Shown here: positions 11,452 to 21,746 of the stretch, piece after piece
Layout of the letters: every line of letters begins with the position of its first letter
Position numbering within the stretch: position 1 is the stretch's first letter
Source of the DNA: Octopus sinensis
Lineage: Eukaryota
Assembly: GCF_006345805.1 (NCBI RefSeq)
Contig: NC_043002.1
Span: 89,342,001 to 89,406,000, forward strand
DNA: 64,000 nucleotides
Reading direction: 5' to 3'
The notes under the pieces: model-generated
What the model saw: only the letters and a program-made list of their open reading frames with translations
Databases searched by the model: none
Told to the model about the DNA's origin: nothing
Made by a program: the position numbers and the translations under genes

Positions 11452-12110
11452 ACTTATTAGGTGGTATCTTTGAAGATTGATCACTTGCATTTACTGACAA
11501 TTTAATAAAGGAATAATGGGGCAATAGAACATACTAACTATATAATTATAATCTAAGAGGTATATTTTAAGCTGTGGAGTTTCCGGTGCTGTTATATATA
11601 AGCTAATATAAATCTCTAGGGGTACAAAATTAGGAGGTTTACTTACATAAAGGCTATTATAAAAATAATAATATGATCAGTGGGGTAGAACACCATAGAA
11701 AGGAATAAATAGTTTAATCACTAAAAACCATGATGAAGTATATAAACCTTATAGAAAAGAGAAGATTATATAAAATTTGTTTAATAATTCCATCATTTAA
11801 ACTAAATTATTTATTTACTAGTTATTAAGTGGTATCTATAAAGACTAATACCCAGTATTTACTAGCGGAATATTGAGGCTATAGAGCATGCTAATTATAT
11901 ATTAATTATAAACTGAGAGGTGTAATATAAGTTTTAAAAGTTTATAGAGTTAAAACATACATGATAAATATAGTTACTTAGGGGTACTTAATTAGGCAGG
12001 CTACTTACATAAAGGCCTTTATAAAAATAATAATATGATCAGGAGGGTGGAAGACTATAGCAAGGGATAAATAGATTAATTACTAAAACCATGATGAAGT
12101 TAGACTAACT
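11452..12110. repeat. Diverged tandem dimer, period about 365 nt
   Basis: Shared blocks TTATTA.GTGGTATCT (11454/11822) and CTTACATAAAGGC..TTATAAAAATAATAATATGATCAG...AAACCATGATGAAGT (11643/12004). Confidence 0.8.
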
Positions 12111-13520
12111 AGGCAGGAATATTCCTAGGATAGTATACTAACTTCATGTAGCACACTAACTTACTATACTATATAGCTTATATTATATGCAATGTACTTT
12201 AATTCCTCATGTAACTGAATATCACCTAATGTATATATATATAGAACTAGAGGGTAAGAATAATGAGATCCAACACTAAAAATATTAAAAGTTAGTTTCC
12301 ATCAATTCAATTCAAGCACAACACCTATAAAGCGCTTATTTCAAAAATATTTAAATGTACGGGTGATACTATGTATGCCTGATACCCTAAGGTCTAATCT
12401 AGTGTTAATCAGGTTGCTCCTGTCTTTCTGCTTAAAAATCTCATATGTTTCCATAGAGCACAGCTCGCACCCGCATCTACTATTTCTATAGGGCTGCGCA
12501 TTTCTTATTATTTCCCATTTAATTTCATATCAATTGAACATCCAATATATATAAAGTAACCAGTTATAGTTATGACTATAAATCAAAATCAGTGACAAGC
12601 TAGAACCCTAATAAGTTTCTTTTTTCCTGACATCTTAGTAGCTTCTAAGCTGAAGTGAAAACAGCATGGACTTTGACTTCTTACCCTCTTAGAGGATTTA
12701 AGTCAAATTATATGTGTCCAACTGTTTAAATTAATTCTATTTATTTATGCAGCTGAGGATAGCTCTGCGTTTAAATTGATGTAGTGATTGCATTGTTCAA
12801 TTAAATGGAGCTGCTTGAAACAGTCGTACTGCATCACCTCTGGATATCATGTTGCTTATTTTGATTTTATTCACCTTATTTTGAAATTGTACAGACGATA
12901 CTGCACTAATTTTTGCTGCCTCAACTTAAGTACCTAATTCATCTGCATCTCAATTATTTTGCTATATATATATATATACGTATTTTTAATCACCACTACT
13001 TGTGACTGAAGGTGCTGGCCAGCACTTATATTTCAAGAAATAAGAATTAAAACCCTTAATGCTGTATGAAGCGCATAATATATATACACGGACAAGGGAG
13101 ATTACTGCTCTATGAGCGAAGCTAGGGGCACTGGACTAGAATAGTTTCATTTGTCAGTTATAGACTTGTCAGCAATATCTGCATTTGCCCAGCCTAAAGG
13201 TCACAGCTAACAACCTCTCTAATTGCTGCTGTCGGACGACACGAGTCAATAAATGAGCTTCTACGTGACCGTTCAAACTGCTAGAAATAGTAGCCAAGTT
13301 TCTATCTAATTCCATTGTAACAGCTTAAATAAAAGATTGGCATACATACACAATTGGGCACCCACTGACTTTGTTTCCGCATAACTTCCAGAAAAATGGA
13401 AATTTTCCAATGAAATTTTCCATAAATATGCCTGATGGTGTCGATTCCGATTATATCAGAACCTAAAAAAAAAAAAAAAAAATTCTGAAGGTGTGGAGAG
13501 GAATTTCGGAAAATCCAAAC

Positions 13521-13650
13521 GAGTTGACTTTACCTTTCATCCTTTCAGGGTCGATAAATTAAGTACCAGTAGTACCATACTGGGGTCGATCTAATCGACT
13601 GGCTCCCTCCCACAAAATTTCGGGCTTTGTGCCTAGAGTAAAAAAGAATA
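13521..13650 (+). mobile_element. SINE 3' module (TTGACTTT.CCTTTCATCCTTT..GGGTCGATAAA..AGTACCAG type)
   Basis: Recurs at about 23735-23955 (+), 45290-45510 (-) and 57500-57630 (+). It resembles the Meta-SINE domain as I remember it; unverified. Confidence 0.7.
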
Positions 13651-13654
13651 TTAC

Positions 13655-13847
13655 TTTAAGCGCGCCATTCGGAAAGTCCATGCAGGCGGCAGGTTGCCCA
13701 TGATTGGGATACATCTTTCAAGTCTCGAATTTTAGTCTTTGCCGAATATTTCAAATACTTCGTTGTAACGAAAAGATGGCAAGGTGAGGTAACTCTATTT
13801 GAATTCCTCTCAGTTCACCGGTTGCTAGTGAAATCCGAGAAAAAAAA
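13655..13847 (+). promoter_or_regulatory. Likely TMX2 core promoter / 5' UTR
   Basis: CpG-retaining stretch (GCGCGCCATTCGGAA, reverse CCAAT at about 13706) immediately upstream of the exon 1 ATG; factor binding is inferred only. Confidence 0.4.
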
Positions 13848-13988
13848 ATGACTGGATTTATTGAAACAGCAAAATCTTTCCTCGTCCCTCATTACATTTT
13901 TAATGTATTGCTATGTTTCACCTATTTTTTCCTGAAAACCACTCGGCCAATGTGCACATTTTTATTCTATGATTGCAAATTAGAATTG
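13848..13988 (+). CDS. TMX2: TMX2 exon 1
   Basis: MTGFIETAKSFLVPHYIFNVLLCFTYFFLKTTRPMCTFLFYDCKLEL, donor GTAAGT at 13989, phase 0. Confidence 0.85.
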
Positions 13989-16900
13989 GTAAGTTAAAGT
14001 ATTACATTTCTTCCACTCTTTCAGTGCCTCCTTATAAAGGCAAACAATATGTATGTATATTCGATGACTAAAAAATCGAAAACAGTTGTTTTTGCTTAGA
14101 GCTATTTAATAATCTCTGAAGTACAACTAACGATAATAATATATTAGAATAAAAAAATTAAAAGAAGACAGTTATTTTTAATGCTAAAAAAAAAAGTTAA
14201 ATTGATTAATGTTTGAATGTTTTCCGAACTATATACAATACGGCAATGATATTCTTTTCTATATCTAAATTTTATTGCTCGACTGCACCCTCGACAAGCA
14301 TACAATTTGTGTTTGAATAATAACCATCTTCTTATTGAACATACATATACACAGACACTCACATGTTTCTATAATAATCGCGTCTTAGAATTTTCTTTTT
14401 CATTTCTTTCACTGCGTACACAAAGATGTACCTTAAATATTACTAAACAGATATTTGTTTATATTTTCGGATATTTTATCAATATTTACTGTATCCCAGA
14501 GTTTAGTTTAAGGTCCGAAACAGAGAGCACTTAGGTTATGCAAAAAAACAAACAAACAAACAAAAAGCTTGTTCATGGATGGAACGGTGTTAGAAAAAGC
14601 GTAGCATCCGAGGATGTAAATGTGAAATAGCAGCTAAACTGTCGTTTAAAACCAAAATTTTTAAAAAATTGGAATTTAAAAATAATTTGCGATCATTAGT
14701 GTAACTTTAAACTCTAGCCGTAAGCCCTAACCCCTAGCTCTTAACCTGAGACCTAACTCAAATCCCTCATTCCCAAGACTTTGTCCCCTCTTAACGTTTT
14801 TGAATACTTTTTTGCATGTGCAAGGAATCAAGCCAGCCAGCTTATTTGTCATTTGAAAATTATCTGTTTTGGCGCTTACACGGCGTGATGTAACAAATAA
14901 AAAATAGTAAATGCTGGTCATTAGCATCTTATTATTGATGTCCGCTTTTCCATACGCGTATGGCTCAAACAGAATTCAACGAAGCAGATTTTCCTCAGAT
15001 AACCCTTCCTGTTGCCAACCCTCTCTTGTTTCCAAGCAATGTAATGTTTCTCCTTCATCGGACGTGTTTTTAAAGAAGACTGGTATTGAATGGTACCGCT
15101 TTAATGACAATGACAGTCATTTTAGAATTATCATGCAATGTCAAGACAAGGACACCCGGCTCTCGGGACACACACATCTATATGACAAGTCTTCCAGTAT
15201 CCGTTTCCCAAATATGTATACATATGTATGTATCTGTCTCTGTGTGTGTATGCATATGTATGTATAATAAATATATAAATATGTATCGCAGGCGTGTTTT
15301 TGTGGTAAGAAGTTTGTTTCCCAACCACATGGTTCCGGGTTCAGTCCCACTGCGTGGTACCTTGGGCTATAGCCGACCGAAGCCATGTGTGTGAGTTTGG
15401 TAGAAATATGTATATATATATAACGATGATGGTGATATATATATATACATATCATCATCATCGTTTAACGTCCGCTTTCCATGCTAGCATGGGTTGGACG
15501 ATTTGACTGAGGTCTGGCGAACCAGATGGCTGCACCAGACTCCAATCTGATCTGGCAGTTTCTACAACTAGATGCCCTTCCTAACGCCAACCGCTCCGAG
15601 AGTGTAGTGGGTGCTTTTACGTGCCACTGGCACGAGGGCTAGTCAGGCTGTACTGGCAACGGCCATGCTCAAATGATGCTTTTTATGTGCCTCCTGCACA
15701 GGAGCCCGTCCAGTGGCACTGGCAATGACCTCACTCGAATGTTTTTTTCACATGCCACCAACACAAGTGCCAGTAAGGCGATGCAGGTAACAATCACGCT
15801 CGAATGGTGTTTTTTACGTGCCACCAGCATGGAGTCCAGCTTGTTGCTCTGGCAACGATCATGCTTGTATGGTACTCTTATCGCTCCACTAGCACGGATG
15901 CCTGTCATCGAATTTGATTTCGATTTTGATTTCACTTGCCTCAACAGGTCTTCGCAAGCAGAGTTTAGTGTCCAATGAAGAAAAGGTATGTATAAGTGGG
16001 CTAGTTACACCCCTGGCATAGGCCATAAGGTTATGGTCTCACTTGAGCTTGCCGAGTCTTCTCATGCACAGCATATTTCCAAAGGTCCCGATCACTAGTC
16101 ATTGCCTTGGTGAGGCCCAATGTTTGAAGGTCATGCTTCACCACCTCATCCCAGGTCTTCCTGGGACTACCTCTTCCATAGGTTCCCTCAACCACTAGGG
16201 TGTGGCACTTTATCACACAGCGATCCACATCCATTCTCACCACATGGCCATACCAGCGCAGTCGTCCCTCTTGCACACCACATCTGATGCTTCTTATGTC
16301 CAACTTTTCTCTCAAGGTACAAACACTCTGTCGAGTAAGCATACTGACATTACACATCGGAGCAAACTAGCTTCATTCCTTGCGAGCTTATGCATGTCCT
16401 CAGCAGTCACGGCCCATGTTTCACTGCCATGTAGCATGGCTGTTTGTACACATGCATCAAACAGTCTACCTTTTACTCTGCGCGAGAGGCCCTTTGCCCA
16501 GCCTATTCTTATTCTTGTAGCTACACTTTTAGAACACCCTCCCCCACTACTGACTTGGTCACCTAGGTAATGGAAGCTATCAACTATTTCTAGTTTTTCT
16601 CCCTGGAATGTGACGGAAGTTATTCTCTGCACATTTTCAGTGTTTATTGCTCCTGAGCATTTTCCACATACAAAAACTATCTTCCCAGTTAGCCTTCCTT
16701 TGATATTGCTGCACCTCTTATGTGTCCATAGCTTACACTGGGTACATCTTATAGATTTTCTACCTATGCCTTTTCTACAGATCGAGCAGGGCCATCTACC
16801 TGAAGGGATTTGTGGTTTGCCTGCCTTCCTACTTATTAGGACTTTGGTTTTAGCTAGGTTGACTCTAAGGCCCTTCGATTCTAATCCTTGTCTCCACACT

Positions 16901-17149
16901 TGAAACTTCTCCTCCAGTTCTGATAGTGACTAAGCAGTTAGAGCAAGGTCGTCAGCATAGAGGAGCTCCCAGGGGCATCCTGTCTTGAATTCCTCCGTTA
17001 TTGCCTGAGGGACTATGATAAATACGAGGGGGCTGAGGACTGAACCTTAGTAGACCCCTACCTCTACCTGGAATTCTTCACTGTACTTGTTGCCAACCCT
17101 CACTTTACTGACAGCGTCCCTGTACATGGCTTGCATAGCTCTCATATAT

Positions 17150-17186
<37 letters not shown>

Positions 17187-18112
17187 TATATTTATATATA
17201 GATAAGCCAAGTGAGACCATAACCTTGTGGCCTATGCCAGGAGTGTAATCAGCCCACTTATGTGTACCTTTCCTTCATTGGACACTAAACTCTGCTTGCG
17301 AAGACCTGTTGAGGCAAGTGAAATTGAAATTAAATTTGATGACTGGCATCTGTGCTAGTGGAGCGCTAAGAGCACCATCTGAGCATGATTGTTGCCAGAG
17401 TAGCTAACTGGCTTCCGTGCCGGTGGCACGTGAAAAAACATTCGAGCAAGGTTGATGCCAGTGCTGCTGGACAGGCAAAACACCATTTAAATGTGGCCAT
17501 TGCCAGTACTGCCTCACTGGCCCTTGTGCTGGTGGCATGTAAAAGCACCCACTACACTCTCAGAGTGGTTGGCATTAGGAAGGGCATCCAGCTGTAGAAA
17601 CTCTGCCAGATCAAATTGGAGCCAGGTGCAGCCATCTGGTTCGCCAGTTAAATGATGATGATGATGATATATATATATATATAATCATCGTTTAACGCCC
17701 GCTTTCCATGCTAGCATGAGTTGGACGATTTGACTGGAATTTTATGCTAGCGTTGAATGTATATATGTATGTGTATATATGTATGTATATGTGTGTGTGT
17801 GTGTAATATTTTTTAACAACTGATACTTTGTTTTTACAAAGTTATTATCAGAGTATGCTAGTCATTAGTAATTAGTGTCTCTATCTCTCTCTGAAGAGAC
17901 TGTGCCCATGTGGGGCACCACTTCGAATTTTTGATAGACTGAATCGACCCCACTACTTATATTTTTTTGTTTTTTAAACCTGGTACTTATTCTCTCTGTC
18001 TCTTTTACCAAACCACTGAATTACGGAGCTACGAACACACCAGCAACCAATTGTCAAGCAGTGGTGGGGTGACAAATACAGACACAGAAACACACACACA
18101 GATATACATTCA

Positions 18113-18143
<31 letters not shown>

Positions 18144-21100
18144 CTCTGTGTGTGTGTCTTTCAGTTTCTATCTGCCAAATCCACTCACAAGGCTTTGGTC
18201 AGCCTGAGTCTATAGTAGAAGACACTTGCCCAAGGTACCACGCTGTAGGGGAACTGAAACCAGACCATTTGATTGGGAAGCAAGTTTCTTAACACACAGC
18301 CATGCCTGCACCTCTATCCATCCATCCTTCCATCCATCCATCCAAGGATGGCACGTATGAATGACGAAGCCACCTTGAGCATAATCCTATGAACCCGGAA
18401 AATTTAAAACAGAGGGTTACCTACTTGCAAACAAATGTGGTAACATGTAACATCATTGACCGAGGTTACCGTGGTCTTTTCTGTCGGCTTTTCTTCCCAC
18501 GGATAAACCTTGTCTGCTTCCCCCTTTACACCTTACACCACGACACTGTGATACATGATCCCTATTCTTTTTTTTTTCCCCGTTTTTTTCCTTTTTTTTC
18601 CTTTTTTTTCTTGATTCCCTTTTACGATCCCTTTTGATTGAAAACCTAACCCACCTCTATTTTTTTTCTTCTCTCCCCCAAAAAGAAAAGCTCTACTTTG
18701 TAATCTGTCCCGTCTGTGTGCAGCCGTGTGTGGCTAATAAAGAAACATGTCTATCTGTCTGTCTATCTATCTAATTAATAAGTCAATAAAAGAAAATGGA
18801 GAAGAAAAATTGAAAAGATGCTTGGTTTGTTTTATTTGTATTACAACTGGAAAAGTAATGCAAATTAAAAGATGAAAAAATATACCTATAAGAGTATTAA
18901 AGGAACTGCCTCAACCAATAAGATAACCCCCAAATATCCCCCCCTCATATTTTGTTTGCATCACTTTTCCAATTGTAATACAAATGGAACAAACCAAGCA
19001 TCTTTTTAATATCTCTTCTCCATTTTCTTTTATTGGCTTTTAAAATTTTAGGTGCAGGAGTGGCTGTGTGGTAAGTAGCTTGCTTACTAACCACATGGTT
19101 CTGGGTTCATTCCCACTGCGTGTCACCTTGGGCAAGTGTCTTCTACTATAGCCTCAGGCCAACCAAAGACTTGTGAGTGAATTTGGTTGACGGAAACTGA
19201 AAGAAGCCCGTTGTATGTGTATATATATATGTTTGTGTGTCTGTTCCCCCCCCCCAACATCACTTGACAACCGATGCTGGTGTATTTACGTCCCCGTAAC
19301 CTTGTGGTTCGGCAAAAGAGACCGGTAGAACAAGTACTAGGCTTACAAAGAATAAGTCCTGAGGTTGATGTGCTCGACTAAAGGCGGTGCTCCAGCATGG
19401 TCACAGTCAAATGACTGAAACAAGTAAAAGAGTAAAAGAGACTGTTTATATACACATATATTGATGATCTTCCTATCAATATATTTGGTTAAACCCAGTT
19501 GGCATCAGGATTGTATTTAACAATCTTTTATGTGGATATTGCTTCCTCAAACTCTGTATATGTGTGTGTGCATATATCATCATCATCATCATCGTTTAAC
19601 GTCCGTTCTCCATGCTAGCATGGGTTGGACGGTTCGATCGGGGATCTGGGAAGCCAGAAGGCTGCACCAGGCTCCGGTCTTATCTGGCAACGTTTCTACA
19701 GCTGGATGCCCTTCCTAACGCCAACCACTCCGTGAGTGTAGTGGGTGCTTTTTACGTACCACCTGCACTGGTGCCAGGCGAGGCTGGCATCGGCCACGGT
19801 CGGATTGGTGCATTTTATGGAAGCCAGTCGAGGCGGCACTGGCTTCGGCTACGATTCGGATAGTGCTTTTTACGTGCCACCGACACGGAAGCCAGTCGAG
19901 GTGGCGCTGGCATCAGCCACAATTCGGATAGTGCTTTTTACGTACCTCCAGTCCCAGGGCTCTGGCATCTGCCGGGTGCTAGTCATAGGATTGGTTCAAT
20001 GCATGCATGTATCTATGTAGATGTATATATGTATATATACGTGTGTGTGTGTGTGTGTGTGCAATATGTTTCAACAACTGATACTTTGTTTTTACAAAGT
20101 TATTATCAGAGTATGCTAGTCATTAGTAATTAGTGTTTTTTAACCCAGTCACACTAAATAAAATTGAAATTATTAATGTTTTGTTTTCTCTCACAGAAAG
20201 AATGGGAATGGCTGACCTTTTTAGCTTGTATCATCGTCATTAAAAACAGGAGACAGAGTAAGTATGCCCTTAATCGATAAATTGTCTAAAATTTTTGAAA
20301 ACAACTTTACAACTCTATCAGAAATGTTATTTCATTTGGATTTTCTTTTCATATGTAACAAAAACATAGGATCTTTTCGGTTTGAATGGCAGTTTTTTCA
20401 AGCGGTGTCATATGAAATTGTCACCCATAATTATGATCCTAGTATCGACCTATTGCATTTCTATCTGTTTTAGGGTTAGGTTTAGTTAAGGCTAATGTAA
20501 TTAAACCCAATCTGTTTCTTAAACGAGGGACATATTCATACGGCACAGAATGCTTTTTAACTCAATAGAAGTCAGTGATTGGTTGAAATTGCAGAAATTG
20601 AAGAAAAAAACACAACAAATATCTTACAAACTATAGAATTTTCTCAATAAAGCCAAGAGAAAAAGATGTTTTATAAACACATTCTACCAGTATACGAAGT
20701 TTAAAATTTTTTAGTTACCTAGAAATTATGTTAGAAACTGCTGTTCAAACCGAAAAGATCCAAAATGTAACTAGGATGGTATGCTACACATAGAGACATC
20801 TTAAACTACATCCTCTTCTTCAGAAACCCACTTAACTGATTGACCTGAAATTGCTTACTAACACATCCCAATCTTTAACCTACAGATATAATGTCTCTTC
20901 ACTCGGTCTTTTCAACAGTGACCTCTTTTTTTTTTTTTTTGTGCTGGTGGTCTCATGTCCTCCCAACTCATTCCTCTTTCCTCCTCTTGTCATTCAGTGT
21001 CCTCCATGCTTAATCCCCCCCCCACACCCTAGTATGTTATCCTTGTGGAATTCTCTCCTTGATCTGCAATCATCAATTTTCAGTGTTTAAGAAGAGTATT

Positions 21101-21712
21101 AATCATATCTTCTTCACTGGTCTCTATCTGAGACAGCCATCATCATCATCACCATCATTTAACGTCCGTTTTCCATGCTAGCATGGGTTGGACGGTTCGA
21201 CCGGGGTCTGGTAAGCTATGGAGGCTGCACCAGGCTCTAGTCTGATTTGGCAGTGTTTCTACAGCTGGATGCCCTTCCTAACGCCAACCACTCCGTGAGT
21301 GTAGTGGGTGTTTATTATGTGCCACTGGCACAGGAGCCAGAGCAGGCTGGCAAATGGCCACGATCAGTTGGTGCTTTTACGTGTCACCGATACGGACACC
21401 AGTCAGGCGACGCTAGTATCTGCCATGTTTGGACAGTGCTTTTTACGTGTCACTGGCACGAAACTATTAATCCCTCCTTGTCACCCCCCACCAAACAAAA
21501 ACAAATAAAACTATGTAAATAATGAGTATCAAAGCATAGGAGCATAGGTGGTAAATGACTGTGCTGCAACCCGAGTTCAATTCTTAGTCATAGCTATTTC
21601 TCTCACTTTACTAATGTTGTTGGAAAAGATAACAACTTTGATTCCTATAACTAGCTCTCTATCTCTCTCTGAAATCAAGAGGACTGATCACACGTTTATG
21701 AGTACATCTGAC

Positions 21713-21746
<34 letters not shown>

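Noticed and set aside
11452-12110. Possible mitochondrial insertion (NUMT)
   Set aside because: The frames I translated with the invertebrate mitochondrial code gave no recognisable protein and I saw no rRNA or tRNA motif; it is better explained as a tandem dimer. A BLAST against mtDNA would settle it.
13784-13813. GT...AG micro-intron linking the upstream ATG to TMX2 exon 1
   Set aside because: Only 30 nt long, below typical metazoan intron size, and not needed for a complete TMX2 frame.
14911-15267. 118-aa ORF with a signal-peptide-like start and cysteines (possible secreted peptide)
   Set aside because: Most of it is the antisense reading of a SINE tail B fragment homologous to 47680-47920 and it runs into a microsatellite.
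19051-19130. tRNA genes
   Set aside because: The A/B-box-like sequences are SINE heads without a cloverleaf and continue into SINE bodies; no true tRNA or rRNA was seen.
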